A stretch of 64,000 nt of DNA from Bacteroidia bacterium (GCA_044377005.1 JBILJV010000001.1:34999-98998), one strand, 5' to 3'. Positions 9,704 to 21,226 are shown, numbered from the stretch's first letter. Program-made: numbers and translations. The notes: a model not told the origin generated them from the sequence alone.

Positions 9704-11368
9704 TTAAAAACTAGTGCTCAATGTTAATCTTGCGCCACTAAAAGCTGGTTCTACACGACAAATACCTCCGGTGCAATTTACACCTTCCACTTGTTTAATG
9801 TACGCCAATGTTACCACTGTTGGTCCATCTGTGTATCCAACAAAACCACTATAATAATGAATGATTTCTGAAGGTATTATACTTGAGGGCGAACGGTATG
9901 GAACTGTATTTACCATGTCACCAATGCTGAAACTCCAATGTGGGGCATGGTTTATCTCGATTATAGCATTGGCAAAACTACCTAAATCTTGTTTGGTGTC
10001 TAAATATTGTGCTTCTATACGTAATGAAGTTTTGGGTGAAATTTTGTAAGTATATTCTACAAAAGGGGTTATGGTTTGAACATCTTTATATGAGGTGTCT
10101 TTTTGTTCATAACGCTGTTGGTCATAATAAATGGATTGTACTCCAAATTTTACTTTAGATTTTTTGTTTATTTTGTGTTGTACTTCAGCATAACGTTCAC
10201 TAAATAAATGTTTAGGATTGCCATTTGCATCACCATTAGTTTTTAAACTATTAACTCTAGATAAATTGAATGAAAATGTTGTGCCTCGTTTAGGTGTAAA
10301 AACTAAATCAGCTTGGTAGGCTTCTTCACCCAAAAACTGCGTAACAGCATTGTACCTGGCAAGTAATCGGTAGGTATTTTGTTTGGTAATAGATGGTAAA
10401 TATGCAATTAGACCATTATTAAGTGTTTCAAATGGAGAAGTCCTAAAAGAGAAGTTTTCTATTCTTTTATACTGAAGGTTAGCCCCAAATGACATTCTTT
10501 TTTTGGAACCTAAACCTGCTTTAGAATAACTTAATGTATTGTAGATGATATTGCCATCCCGATTCAAAAGTAAACTAGCATCTTGGTTGAAGATAGCTTC
10601 TTTGGTTTTGAATAAATATTCGGAATAAAATTTAAAATCTTTGTAGCCGATGTCTGCATAACCATTAAATGCATAAGTGTTGTATTTAGGGATAAATCGG
10701 GTTTCTAATGATTGTGAGTTGATAAAAGTAGCTACATTATTCATTGAGTTTTGGTCGAGGGTTCTGTTGACTATTGAAGAACCTAAGTTTAAACGAACAT
10801 TTTTGATTTTTATGTTGTACTCAGCATTAAATCCTTTGACAGCCTCGGGTGCCACACCAAAACGATCGCCTGAAAAAATATTTCCTTTTTGTTGGCCAGC
10901 AAAACCTTTTAATGAAAGGTTTTTGTAGTTGTATTTAACGCGTAAACCTTGAACCGCATAGTCGATACCAATTAAACGATCTTCATATGCGCGGAAAATC
11001 ATGCCTGTACCAAATTGGTCGTAAAAATGCCCGACTGTAATGTTTAAATTTTTTATTGATTTGGAAGCTTGCCAAAAACCAACGCCTTGTTTGTTGTAAA
11101 CGCTTATTGGGTTTAGCAATGGCGAGTTATTAAACATGTCATATCTTAATGAAAAGCTATAACCTTTCAAATCGTAGTTTAGGAAAAGCCAAGCATCTGC
11201 GCTCGACTTGTATTTATTATAAACCTCTGTAGTTGCACCAATTTTTTTATCACGGTCATAAGCTTGAACATTACTCATGAAGTTGCCTGAAAACTTACCC
11301 TTTTCATCTTTTTGTGCAAAAGTGGAAGAAAAACAGATTATAAAACTAAAAACAATTAGATATCTCAT
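9704..11368 (-). CDS. Outer-membrane beta-barrel protein (putative porin)
   Basis: Signal peptide; alternating amphipathic beta pattern throughout; C-terminal aromatic residue F. Confidence 0.55.
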   Translation of the reverse strand: MRYLIVFSFIICFSSTFAQKDEKGKFSGNFMSNVQAYDRDKKIGATTEVYNKYKSSADAWLFLNYDLKGYSFSLRYDMFNNSPLLNPISVYNKQGVGFWQASKSIKNLNITVGHFYDQFGTGMIFRAYEDRLIGIDYAVQGLRVKYNYKNLSLKGFAGQQKGNIFSGDRFGVAPEAVKGFNAEYNIKIKNVRLNLGSSIVNRTLDQNSMNNVATFINSQSLETRFIPKYNTYAFNGYADIGYKDFKFYSEYLFKTKEAIFNQDASLLLNRDGNIIYNTLSYSKAGLGSKKRMSFGANLQYKRIENFSFRTSPFETLNNGLIAYLPSITKQNTYRLLARYNAVTQFLGEEAYQADLVFTPKRGTTFSFNLSRVNSLKTNGDANGNPKHLFSERYAEVQHKINKKSKVKFGVQSIYYDQQRYEQKDTSYKDVQTITPFVEYTYKISPKTSLRIEAQYLDTKQDLGSFANAIIEINHAPHWSFSIGDMVNTVPYRSPSSIIPSEIIHYYSGFVGYTDGPTVVTLAYIKQVEGVNCTGGICRVEPAFSGARLTLSTSF

Positions 11369-11452
11369 TGAAGGTTCGAAAATAAGACAAATTCAATTAT
11401 TACGAAAATTTGTTTAATAATTGCTATTAATAGTTGATATATTTGCATTTCA

Positions 11453-12124
11453 ATGAAAAAGTGGTCTTTGTTAATTCTGTTTGGATGCGGTGTATTGTGT
11501 GCTCAGGAAAGTAAAGCCAAGTGGGGTTTAATGCTTTCGCCAGAATTAAAGTATAGACTTTTAGGTTCTGTTCCCTCCAAAGGTTTCAGATCTAATGAAA
11601 AATTAGGATTAGGATATTCTTTTGGATTGGTTAGTATAAAAAATATTTTACCCAAAACTGAGTTTGAATATGGTGTTCTTTTAGTTAATAAAGGATACAG
11701 GTCACAATTTGAAGCCATATTTGGAGACCAAATAGACCCTATAAATGGTGTTATTGGCATACCACAAAAGGTAACTCTAAAATACAATTACAACTATCTA
11801 ACATTGCCAGTTAAATTAAATTGCTATGTTGATGAAGATTATTTTATTTCATTTGGATTGCAGCCAGAAGTTTTATTGAGTGCAAATAGAGAAATAGTTT
11901 TCACTGATTCGAAAAATAGAACCAAAATTGAAAATATTAAGCCTGTTAATACTTCTTTTTTACTAAGTGCAGGTAAAGTTTTTCATTTAAATAATATTTC
12001 ATTTAGAATTGAACCGACATTGCAATTTGGATTAATAAACATTCACAAAAGGAGAATATTGGTTGGTAAAGAAAGGGAGTATTTGTTTAATGTTGGATTG
12101 GTAACCAAATGGTTTATAAATTAG
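11453..12124 (+). CDS. Small outer-membrane beta-barrel protein (OmpA-like barrel / PorT-like family)
   Basis: Signal peptide; 223 aa; alternating hydrophobic strands; typical size for an 8-10 strand barrel. Confidence 0.55.
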   Translation: MKKWSLLILFGCGVLCAQESKAKWGLMLSPELKYRLLGSVPSKGFRSNEKLGLGYSFGLVSIKNILPKTEFEYGVLLVNKGYRSQFEAIFGDQIDPINGVIGIPQKVTLKYNYNYLTLPVKLNCYVDEDYFISFGLQPEVLLSANREIVFTDSKNRTKIENIKPVNTSFLLSAGKVFHLNNISFRIEPTLQFGLINIHKRRILVGKEREYLFNVGLVTKWFIN

Positions 12125-12318
12125 ATATTTTAGTTACAATAGTAGAGCTTCATTAAAGTAATTAAAAATTAACTCATCAAGTTTTTTAAATATAAAATCT
12201 TTCATCAATAAGATGAAAAATTAATTACTTTTTTGTGATTAAAATTACAAAAATCTAAAATCACAAAATCAAAAATTTAAATTGTCCACATTGCTTTTAT
12301 ATCGTTTCGAAATAAAGT

Positions 12319-12326
12319 AATTTTGC
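12319..12326 (+). promoter_or_regulatory. Candidate Bacteroidetes sigma-A -7 element (TAnnTTTG) for carB
   Basis: TAATTTTG lies ~20 nt upstream of the carB ATG; consensus match only. Confidence 0.3.
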
Positions 12327-12345
12327 CAAATTTTAATCATCTAAT

Positions 12346-15162
12346 ATGCCAAAAGACAATTCCATAAAGTCAGTTTTAATAATCGGTAGCGGTCCCATCA
12401 TCATCGGTCAAGCATGTGAGTTTGACTATTCGGGGAGTCAGGCTGCTCGTTCACTCAGAGAAGAGGGAATTGAGGTGTCGCTTATCAATAGCAATCCAGC
12501 AACGATTATGACTGACAAAGTAACTGCAGACCATGTTTATTTGTGGCCATTAACTTGTCAAAGTATCGAAAAAATACTACAAGAGCGTCAAATAGATGCT
12601 GTATTGCCAACTATGGGTGGTCAAACGGCATTGAATTTATGTATCGAAGCAGAAGATTTAGGGATTTGGGAAAAATACAATGTAAGAATAATAGGAGTAG
12701 ATACAGCTGCTATTCAAAAAACAGAGAATAGAGAGTTGTTCAGACGATTAATGATAGATATTGGTGTGGGTGTAGCTACTTCAGAAACAGCAAATTCATA
12801 CCTTGAAGGTAAAGAAATTGCCCAACGCATTGGATATCCTTTGGTAATTCGTCCATCTTTTACACTAGGTGGTACAGGCGGTGGATTTGTCAACAACAAA
12901 AGCGAATTAGATGAAAAATTAAGAATCGGATTAGAAGCCTCTCCTACACACGAAGTGCTTGTTGAACAAGCCGTTTTAGGTTGGAAAGAATATGAATTAG
13001 AGTTATTGAGAGATAATAAAAATGACATCGCGGTAATCTGTACCATTGAAAATTTAGACCCTATGGGAATTCACACTGGAGACAGCATAACTATTGCTCC
13101 TGCTATGACTTTGAGCGATACATGTTACCAAAACATGCGTAATATGGCATTTAAAATGATGCGTAGTATTGGCAATTTTGCGGGTGGTTGTAACGTGCAA
13201 TTTGCTGTTAATCCAGAGAATGAAGATATTATTGCAATAGAGATTAACCCAAGGGTGTCGCGTTCATCAGCCTTGGCTAGTAAAGCCACAGGTTACCCAA
13301 TTGCAAAAATTGCTGCCAAATTGGCCATAGGCTACAATTTAGATGAGTTAAAAAATCCAGTAACCAAAACAACTTCTGCATTTTTCGAACCAGCAATCGA
13401 CTATGTCATTATAAAAATACCAAGATGGAATTTTGATAAATTTAAAGGTGCTGACAAATCTTTAGGACTGCAAATGAAATCAGTAGGTGAGGTAATGGCA
13501 ATAGGAAGAAGTTTTCAGGAAGCCTTACAAAAAGCTTGTCAATCTTTAGAGATTAGAAAGCATGGTTTGGGTGCTGATGGCACTGGTTCTAGAAATTTAG
13601 AAGAAATTGTTCATAGTTTGGAGTTTCCAAGTTGGGACCGTTTATTCCATTTAAAAGACGCTTTAGAAATGGGGGTGCCTATTTCTTCGGTTCAAAAATT
13701 AACGAGAATAGACCGATGGTATTTGGAGCAAATTGCTGATTTGGTAAAAACTGAAAAAGAAATCAGAAAGTTTACTTTAGACACCTTGCCAGAATCATTA
13801 ATAAAAACTGCTAAACAAAAAGGATACAGTGATTATCAAATTGCTTTTTTACTTAAAAATTGCAATGAAGATGAGGTTTATGAAAAACGTAAAGCAATGG
13901 GTATTCGCAGAACCTATAAAATGGTAGATACTTGTGCAGCTGAATTTCCCTCACCAACCAATTATTTTTACTCTTGTTTCGAGACAGAGAATGAAAGTGT
14001 GAGATCAGACAAAAAGAAAATAGTTGTATTAGGAAGTGGACCTAACCGTATAGGTCAGGGGATAGAATTTGACTACAGTTGTGTTCACGGCTTATTGGCT
14101 GCCAAAGAAACAGGTTTCGAAGCTATTATGGTTAATTGCAATCCAGAAACGGTTTCTACCGATTTTGACATGGCGAACAAATTGTATTTTGAACCAGTTT
14201 ATTGGGAACATTTGTGGGAAATAATCGAACACGAACAGCCTGAAGGTGTTATAGTGCAATTAGGTGGACAAACGGCGCTAAAATTAGCAGAAAAGTTACA
14301 CGAAAGAGGTATAAAAATTATTGGCACTTCTTTCCCTGATATGGACATGAGTGAAGATCGTGGATTGTTCAGTGACTTACTTAAAGAATTAAATATTCCT
14401 TACCCAAAATATGGTGTTTCAGAAACCGCAGATGAGGCTGTAAAAATAGCACAAGAGGTTGGTTATCCAGTTTTGGTTCGTCCAAGTTATGTATTGGGTG
14501 GGCAGGGTATGAAAATTGTTATAAATGATGAAGAGTTAGAAGCTGCAGTTATTGGGTTATTAGGTGACTTGCCTGGTAATAGAGTGTTAATTGATCATTT
14601 TTTAGACAGAGCTGAAGAGGCGGAATGTGATGTCATTTGTGATGGTGAAGATTACCATGTTATTGGCATGATGGAACACATAGAGCCGGCGGGCATTCAC
14701 AGTGGAGACAGTAGTGCCGTATTACCTCCGTTTAGTTTGAGCGAAAATGTAAAACAAAAAATGGAAGAGTATAGTAAAAAACTAGCTTTTTCAATGAATA
14801 TCAGAGGATTGTTAAACATCCAATTCGCAATTAAAAATGAAGAGGTTTATGTTATTGAAGCTAATCCAAGAGCAAGTAGAACGGTGCCATTTATTTGTAA
14901 AGCATACGATGTTCCTTATATAAATATTGCAACTAAAATAATGTTGGGGACTCATAAATTAAAAGATTTTAACATTCAACCAAAACAAGAAGGGTATGCT
15001 ATTAAATTACCTGTATTTTCATTCAATAAATTCCCTAACGTTAATAGAGAATTAGGGCCTGAAATGAAAAGTACGGGAGAAGCTATATTGTTTGTAAAGG
15101 ACACTAAAGATCCTGAATTTAGAGAAATCTACAGCAAGAAAAGTATGTACTTGAGTAGATAG
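12346..15162 (+). CDS. carB: Carbamoyl-phosphate synthase large subunit
   Basis: Two ATP-grasp halves with near-identical start motifs (VLIIGSGPIIIGQACEFDYSGSQA and VVLGSGPNRIGQGIEFDYSCVH); oligomerisation domain between them. Confidence 0.93.
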   Translation: MPKDNSIKSVLIIGSGPIIIGQACEFDYSGSQAARSLREEGIEVSLINSNPATIMTDKVTADHVYLWPLTCQSIEKILQERQIDAVLPTMGGQTALNLCIEAEDLGIWEKYNVRIIGVDTAAIQKTENRELFRRLMIDIGVGVATSETANSYLEGKEIAQRIGYPLVIRPSFTLGGTGGGFVNNKSELDEKLRIGLEASPTHEVLVEQAVLGWKEYELELLRDNKNDIAVICTIENLDPMGIHTGDSITIAPAMTLSDTCYQNMRNMAFKMMRSIGNFAGGCNVQFAVNPENEDIIAIEINPRVSRSSALASKATGYPIAKIAAKLAIGYNLDELKNPVTKTTSAFFEPAIDYVIIKIPRWNFDKFKGADKSLGLQMKSVGEVMAIGRSFQEALQKACQSLEIRKHGLGADGTGSRNLEEIVHSLEFPSWDRLFHLKDALEMGVPISSVQKLTRIDRWYLEQIADLVKTEKEIRKFTLDTLPESLIKTAKQKGYSDYQIAFLLKNCNEDEVYEKRKAMGIRRTYKMVDTCAAEFPSPTNYFYSCFETENESVRSDKKKIVVLGSGPNRIGQGIEFDYSCVHGLLAAKETGFEAIMVNCNPETVSTDFDMANKLYFEPVYWEHLWEIIEHEQPEGVIVQLGGQTALKLAEKLHERGIKIIGTSFPDMDMSEDRGLFSDLLKELNIPYPKYGVSETADEAVKIAQEVGYPVLVRPSYVLGGQGMKIVINDEELEAAVIGLLGDLPGNRVLIDHFLDRAEEAECDVICDGEDYHVIGMMEHIEPAGIHSGDSSAVLPPFSLSENVKQKMEEYSKKLAFSMNIRGLLNIQFAIKNEEVYVIEANPRASRTVPFICKAYDVPYINIATKIMLGTHKLKDFNIQPKQEGYAIKLPVFSFNKFPNVNRELGPEMKSTGEAILFVKDTKDPEFREIYSKKSMYLSR

Positions 15163-15428
15163 TAAGAAGGGGGTCCTTAATTTTTATTTGTAAAGAGGTG
15201 TCAACTTAAATACATTTACACCTATGGAACATGCGCCTTGCAAGCTTAAACTATAATTGCAACCCTCAAAGATTTTTTCGCCACACAGCGTTAGGAGAAT
15301 TTTGATTTGAGCTAAAGAAAAGTTAGCTATTATTTAAAATTTCAACTTTGGAATAAGATTTCTTTTTTTATTATAATAAAATTTAATTAACAATTTTTTA
15401 GAAAAATTCAATTATTATTGTAGGAATT

Positions 15429-17123
15429 ATGAGACATGTATTTTTCTTTGTAAGTCTTTTGTCATTAACTTCAGTTTTTGCACAACCAATTGAACTCGTT
15501 AGAAAATCTGAAATTAAATTTACACCCGGTTTGGATTTGATAATTGTACTGCCTGGTCAGGGGATTTTACAATTTAATAAATTAGACAAGAATTTGTATA
15601 ATTCTGTTATTTACGATTTTGAACTCAATAAAAAGTCGGAAAAGAAAAGTGAAGTTAACTTAACAAAAAGAATGTCATACTTAAACACTGTTTTGAGAGA
15701 CGATGGAATCCATATGTACTTTTCCAAGCAAAGTTATATCGGTTTTTTTCCTAAAACAAAAGTAGATGAAATTCTAATAGACAATAAAAACAAATTGGAA
15801 TTGTATCATTACAAAATGAAGAACTTTGTTAAAATTATGAACATTAATAAAATTGATGGACAAAATGTTTTTTCTGGATTTGAAATGTACAAACCATGGG
15901 GATTAAAAAGGGTGTCAAAGTTTGCTTTTGCTTGGTTACTTTATCCAATTGTAATTCCAGCCAGACCTAATACGAGACCATTTTTAGCCACATTAGAAGA
16001 GGGTAAACTTGAGTATATTAATAGAAAAGAATTTAAGTCATCTAAATATAGAAATATGGGAATCCATGATGTTAAAATTGATAAAGATGATGTGTATTTA
16101 GGTGTTACAAGTGGTGTAATAAGAAGCAAAACACCAATTAAAATAGTAAGAACTAATACTAGTTTTAGTGATATGGAGCATTTTTCGTACAGAACAGAAA
16201 AATTAACCCGTATCAACACCTTTCAATTTAATAACTCAAAACCAGATTCAGTTGGTTTTGATGCAACGACAGGGTTAAGATTGTTTTACGATTTTACAGG
16301 AGCAGCAGTTACTAAATTCCCTGAAAAGAAAAAGTTAAAGTATAAAGAAAACTTTGTAGGAAATTATTTCAATGATAAAGTGTCTTTAAAAACTAACAAA
16401 AATCAATTGGGCGATAAATCTTCTAATGAAGTTTATTCAAGCACATCTAATGTGAATTTCAGTAATTCAAAAATTAGAAAAACAATTAATAACCAAGATA
16501 TTGAAGTTGTTGTTTCAGAGAAAGTGACACCAATTTATGAAATTGAGGTTTATTATTCTGTAGACTCTAAAGGAAGAACAACAAGACAAACTAGAACCGT
16601 ATTGGTGGGATATACCTACACTAACTTGCAAGTCAATTTGATTAATCATACCAAAAATATTTCTAAAACCTATAGCGTTGACCCTGTGTTTGAACTAACA
16701 AATAAGAAAGAAATGAAAGAAAAATCAGGTGTTCCGTTAAAGTTTTATCATTATTTAGCTCCATCAGAAGGGTTTAATACAATTAAACACTCAGTTATTA
16801 GTTATGCAAGTGATGGTCAGTTTTATTTAAGTTATTTACATGGTTTGCATAATACACTCACCGTTATTTCAGTTGATTTTGATGGTTTTGGTGAAGAGTT
16901 TGTTAGTGAAATTGATGAGTCCTTTAATGATAGTAAAACTAAAAAGAGAATTGACGCTACTTTTGGTGGCGGTCCTGTAAAGATTTTTTCTAAAATTAAT
17001 CTTCAAACCATCTCAGAAAAAGAGTATTTATTAATTAAAGTATTATCCAAACAAAGTGGAACTGGTAAAAAGAAAACGAGTACTGGATACTTTAAAGAAC
17101 TAAGCATTTACAAAATGCTTTAA
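15429..17123 (+). CDS. Hypothetical secreted protein
   Basis: N-terminal signal peptide (SVFAQ); 564 aa; no recognisable domain. Confidence 0.5.
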   Translation: MRHVFFFVSLLSLTSVFAQPIELVRKSEIKFTPGLDLIIVLPGQGILQFNKLDKNLYNSVIYDFELNKKSEKKSEVNLTKRMSYLNTVLRDDGIHMYFSKQSYIGFFPKTKVDEILIDNKNKLELYHYKMKNFVKIMNINKIDGQNVFSGFEMYKPWGLKRVSKFAFAWLLYPIVIPARPNTRPFLATLEEGKLEYINRKEFKSSKYRNMGIHDVKIDKDDVYLGVTSGVIRSKTPIKIVRTNTSFSDMEHFSYRTEKLTRINTFQFNNSKPDSVGFDATTGLRLFYDFTGAAVTKFPEKKKLKYKENFVGNYFNDKVSLKTNKNQLGDKSSNEVYSSTSNVNFSNSKIRKTINNQDIEVVVSEKVTPIYEIEVYYSVDSKGRTTRQTRTVLVGYTYTNLQVNLINHTKNISKTYSVDPVFELTNKKEMKEKSGVPLKFYHYLAPSEGFNTIKHSVISYASDGQFYLSYLHGLHNTLTVISVDFDGFGEEFVSEIDESFNDSKTKKRIDATFGGGPVKIFSKINLQTISEKEYLLIKVLSKQSGTGKKKTSTGYFKELSIYKML

Positions 17124-17269
17124 GAGTGTTCTTGAATCAAATAATCAGATAATTAATGTTGTATTTCAATTGGTAATGATTAACATAATTAAAGTTTTTC
17201 AGGGCATTTGAATTCTATTTTTTAATTAAGAGGAAAAAGATTATAGACTCTCAAAAGTATAGAACCACT

Positions 17270-17300
17270 AAAAAAGCCTCACATTGTGAGGCTTTTTTAG
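17270..17300. terminator. Bidirectional rho-independent terminator between convergent genes
   Basis: AAAAAGCCTCACA-TTGT-GAGGCTTTTTT; stem flanked by an A-run and a T-run. Confidence 0.65.
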
Positions 17301-17326
17301 TGCAATATTATAAATGTAAAATTGAA

Positions 17327-17644
17327 TTACATTTGGTTGTCTAGTTTTTGAGCTAACATTGTTTTAGGTACTGCGCCTACAATTTTGTCAACTACTTCAC
17401 CACCTTTGAATACCAATAAAGTTGGGATACTACGGATGCCGTATTTAGAAGCAACGCCCGGATTTTCGTCAACGTTCAATTTGCCTATTACCGCTTTGCC
17501 ATCATATTCTTTTGCTAATTCTTCAACCAATGGTCCAATCATTCGGCATGGTCCACACCACTCTGCCCAAAAATCTACTAATACTGGTTTGTCTGAACTT
17601 AATACGTCTTGTTCCCAATTGGAATCTGTGAATTGTTTTGCCAT
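17327..17644 (-). CDS. trxA: Thioredoxin
   Basis: WCGPC active site; 105 aa; canonical fold motifs. Confidence 0.93.
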   Translation of the reverse strand: MAKQFTDSNWEQDVLSSDKPVLVDFWAEWCGPCRMIGPLVEELAKEYDGKAVIGKLNVDENPGVASKYGIRSIPTLLVFKGGEVVDKIVGAVPKTMLAQKLDNQM

Positions 17645-17783
17645 TTTGTTTATTTATTATTTACTTATATGCTTGTTAATTGTTATTCAAAAAAAGAGAA
17701 TTAAAAATGAATACTGCAAAGATAAAATCCACATTCCATTTCAAAGTATCAATTTTTATAATTCTACTATAGTTTTTGCTTGT

Positions 17784-19589
17784 TTATAATTTTTCCATTT
17801 CAGCCTGAATATAGGCTGTTAGTTTTTCGCCTTTTAATAACCCTTTAGATAACATCGCTAGGTTTAAAGCTTTTTGTGCTATTGAAACCGCTTCGTTTTC
17901 TTCATTTTCTATTAATATTTTGGCTTTAGGATGGTTAATGTTTAATACAGTTTGGTAGCTCAAAGGCATGTTGCCAAACATATTAAATCCATTCATTTTG
18001 CTCATTTCTCTCATTCTTCTGTCGTATTCACTTTCGGTAATAACAATTAATGATTCTTGAGGAGACAAGGCTTCTGCACTAAATTTGATGTCCGTTTGTT
18101 GATTGGCTTTCTCAAATATAGAAACTAATTTTTTGCTTTCATCTTCGTTCAGTAAAGCAATCGTTGTTGTTTCCACAGCTATTAATCGGTCAAGTGCATC
18201 GGCATCTACTCTTTTACACTGTACTTTTTCATTTTTTTGTTCTAAGTAGCCTGTAAAATGATTGTCTAATGGACCTTCAAATTTTAAAACTTTATAGTCT
18301 CTACTATTGGCAGCACTTACATAACTGTGTTGTGTTTCGGTATGGTTGGTGTACAACATAATGGTATTGCCGTCTTTGTCTGTTTGGTTTGGTTTTATTG
18401 CTTCTATAAAATCATTTATAGTGTAATATTGCCCTTCGGTAGTTTCCAACAAACAAAAGTCTTTGCCTTTTTCCGCAAATTTTTCGTCACTCAACATGCC
18501 ATATTTTACAAATAAATCAATGTTTTGCCATTTTGCTTCGTAATCAGTTCTGTTTTGTTTGAAAAGTTCAGTCAATTTATCTGCTACTTTTCTAGTGATG
18601 TGAGAAGTTATTTTCTTAACATTCCCATCGCTTTGTAAACTGCTTCTTGATACATTCAATGGAATGTCAGGTGAGTCTATAACGCCATGTAATAGCATCA
18701 AGAATTCTGGTAAAATATCTTTTACATTGTCAGTGACAAACACTTGGTTGCTGTATAACTGTACTTTGTGTTTTTCTGCTTCTATTGCACTGTCCACTTT
18801 AGGGAAATATAGTATTCCTGTTAAGTTGAAAGGGAAATCAACGTTCAAATGAATCCAGAACAAAGGTGCTTCTGCAAACGGATACAAGGTTTGGTAAAAC
18901 TTAACATAATCCTCATCTTTTAAGTCAGCAGGTTTGCTCAACCACAATGGCTTTTCTTCATTGATGATTTTGCCGTCAAACTCAATAGCTACAGGAAGGA
19001 ATTTACAATATTTGGTTAACAGTTGTGATATTTTGTAGTTTTCTAGAAAGTCCAAACTGTCTTCAGCAATGTGTAAGATAATATCGGTTCCTCTTTCGGT
19101 TCTGCTGCCTGATGTTATTGAAAACTGAGTGCTACCATCACATTCCCACAAGGCAGTTTGTGCACCCTCTTTGAAAGATAATGTGTTTATTTGAACCTTG
19201 CTCGCCACCATAAAGGCAGAATAAAATCCAAGTCCAAAATGGCCGATAACATTTGCATCTGCTTTGTCTTTGTATTTTTGAACAAACTCTTCAGCACCCG
19301 AAAAGGCCAATTGGTTGATGTATTTTTCAATTTCTTCTTCAGTCATACCCAATCCATTGTCGCTAATGGTTAAGGTTTTGTTTTCTTTGTCAATGGTAAC
19401 CTTAATTTTAAATTCGCCGGTATCCCCTTTAAATTCACCTATACTCGACAATGTTTTTAGTTTATTGCATGCGTCGGTGGCATTGGAAACGAGTTCTCTT
19501 AAAAATATTTCGTGATCACTGTAAAGGAATTTTTTAATGATTGGGAAAATGTTTTCGGTGTTTACGGATATTGAACCTGTTTTACTCAT
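17784..19589 (-). CDS. htpG: Molecular chaperone Hsp90 family
   Basis: N-terminal GHKL ATPase (ELVSNATDA; NGLGMT; HFGLGFYSAFMVA); about 600 aa. Confidence 0.92.
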   Translation of the reverse strand: MSKTGSISVNTENIFPIIKKFLYSDHEIFLRELVSNATDACNKLKTLSSIGEFKGDTGEFKIKVTIDKENKTLTISDNGLGMTEEEIEKYINQLAFSGAEEFVQKYKDKADANVIGHFGLGFYSAFMVASKVQINTLSFKEGAQTALWECDGSTQFSITSGSRTERGTDIILHIAEDSLDFLENYKISQLLTKYCKFLPVAIEFDGKIINEEKPLWLSKPADLKDEDYVKFYQTLYPFAEAPLFWIHLNVDFPFNLTGILYFPKVDSAIEAEKHKVQLYSNQVFVTDNVKDILPEFLMLLHGVIDSPDIPLNVSRSSLQSDGNVKKITSHITRKVADKLTELFKQNRTDYEAKWQNIDLFVKYGMLSDEKFAEKGKDFCLLETTEGQYYTINDFIEAIKPNQTDKDGNTIMLYTNHTETQHSYVSAANSRDYKVLKFEGPLDNHFTGYLEQKNEKVQCKRVDADALDRLIAVETTTIALLNEDESKKLVSIFEKANQQTDIKFSAEALSPQESLIVITESEYDRRMREMSKMNGFNMFGNMPLSYQTVLNINHPKAKILIENEENEAVSIAQKALNLAMLSKGLLKGEKLTAYIQAEMEKL

Positions 19590-19681
19590 ACTTTTATTTA
19601 TGCTTTATCTTGTAAACTTAAGTTTCAAAAATAGTACCTCCTTGTTTTCTAATGTAATTTTGTCATATTTGCAGACAAATA

Positions 19682-20431
19682 ATGTTTTTCTATCTGTCAA
19701 AACTGTTGCTTTTTGTCATTAAACCCATGGTTTGGGTTTTGCTGTTTTTATTCTCGGCATGGTTTACCAAAGAGGATGCAAAACGGAAAAGAAGATTAAT
19801 AAAGGGCTTACTTATTTTATTCGTTTTTTCAAACGGGGTAATCGTTAATGAATTGGTGTTGTTGTATGAAAGTGAGGGAACCAAAGATTTTAAACCGCGT
19901 TACGACTATGCCATTGTTTTGGGAGGTTTTAGTAAAATGGATTCTAGTTTAAACAGACCCGTTTTTTATGAAGCAAATGATAGATTGATGCAGGCTCTTA
20001 GTTTGTATTATCAAGGTAAAGTAGGTAAACTAATCATAAGTAGTGGAAGTGGCAGTTTGCTTAAGCAAGATGAAAAAGAAGCCGATGCTATTGCCATGTA
20101 TCTTAAAAGTATTAACATTCCCGATTCGGCGATTATTGTTGAAAATAAAAGCAGAAATACGTCAGAAAACATAAAGTACAGTAGCGAAATATTGGATTCA
20201 CTCAAAGTTAACAGTACTGTTTTGATTATTTCAAGTGCATGGCATTTGCCAAGGGTACAATTGTGCGAAGAAAATAGAAGCTTTGATTATTTCGCTACCA
20301 ATTACATAGCTGACAGAAAAAGAGATTATAGCATAGATGCCTATATCGTTCCTTCTGTTAAGGCAATGATGATTATGGAGTTAATGATAAAAGAATGGGT
20401 AGGTTATGTAACGTATGCTATAAAACATTAA
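19682..20431 (+). CDS. YdcF/ElyC-like DUF218 family membrane-anchored protein
   Basis: N-terminal TM; DUF218-like core (IVLGG ... SSAWHLPR). Confidence 0.6.
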   Translation: MFFYLSKLLLFVIKPMVWVLLFLFSAWFTKEDAKRKRRLIKGLLILFVFSNGVIVNELVLLYESEGTKDFKPRYDYAIVLGGFSKMDSSLNRPVFYEANDRLMQALSLYYQGKVGKLIISSGSGSLLKQDEKEADAIAMYLKSINIPDSAIIVENKSRNTSENIKYSSEILDSLKVNSTVLIISSAWHLPRVQLCEENRSFDYFATNYIADRKRDYSIDAYIVPSVKAMMIMELMIKEWVGYVTYAIKH

Positions 20432-20434
20432 AAA

Positions 20435-20908
20435 ATGAAAGTTGAGTCGAGTCATATCATAAAAAAGCAATTATTGAACATGGAACCGGTGGCACTTACC
20501 GAGTTGTGTCTTCGACTAATGAAATATAAAAAAGAGAACAAAGAATTGGTTTCATATTACTTGTTCAACAAAGGCGACGAGGCTGAATATGTGGAAATGG
20601 TGAATAATGAATTAACAGAACTGTTTGAAATGATTCCTAGAAATGGGAAATACAAAGAAGTAAAGCAAATTAGGAAAATACTAAGAATAGCGAACAAACA
20701 AATCAAGTATTCGGGATTGGCCACCACACAAGTGGAAGTTTTAATGCATTTTACCAAATTACTTAAACCCAAAGTAAAGTCATTGCAAATTTTGTCATTG
20801 GATAATATGTACATGCAACAACTTAAAAAAATAAACATAGCCATGGGCAAGTTGCACGAGGATTTGCAGTATGACTATTTAAAACAGTTGAGTGAATTGG
20901 AGGGGTAG
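20435..20908 (+). CDS. Hypothetical cytoplasmic protein
   Basis: Three-nucleotide gap after the upstream gene (operon); no recognisable motif. Confidence 0.45.
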   Translation: MKVESSHIIKKQLLNMEPVALTELCLRLMKYKKENKELVSYYLFNKGDEAEYVEMVNNELTELFEMIPRNGKYKEVKQIRKILRIANKQIKYSGLATTQVEVLMHFTKLLKPKVKSLQILSLDNMYMQQLKKINIAMGKLHEDLQYDYLKQLSELEG

Positions 20909-21027
20909 TGGGGGTTTTATTGAACTACGGAAACCTAATTAAAGGAATTTATTTTATCAAAACCTAATCCGATGATCAGCTTAAGTTTGTAATACAACAA
21001 ATTTTAACGCCTAAATTTCAATCAAAC

Positions 21028-21115
21028 ACCTTACTACCCACTCTTATCATATTGCTGCCACAATGTATAGCTAGCAAGTAATCACTAACTCATGCTCATG
21101 GAAACGATTTGGAAG
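21028..21115. repeat. Left direct repeat: decayed duplicate of the yggS 3' end (att-like)
   Basis: About 90% identical over ~88 bp to 23096..23183, with 8 mismatches and 1 indel; includes the stop-codon position; out of frame, so non-coding. Confidence 0.8.
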
Positions 21116-21226
21116 TTGTTTTTAAAAATTAAAGCCAAAGTCAGCAAACACAGGGAAGCTTGATATTTCTGGAGCGTTGATGGGGTTATAAACTTAAATC
21201 TACTTTTTTTAATAAGATTAATTAAG

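Noticed and set aside
15163-15428. 266-bp intergenic region after carB, considered for a small RNA
   Set aside because: No stable stem-loops or conserved motifs recognisable by eye; more likely a promoter region for the downstream gene.
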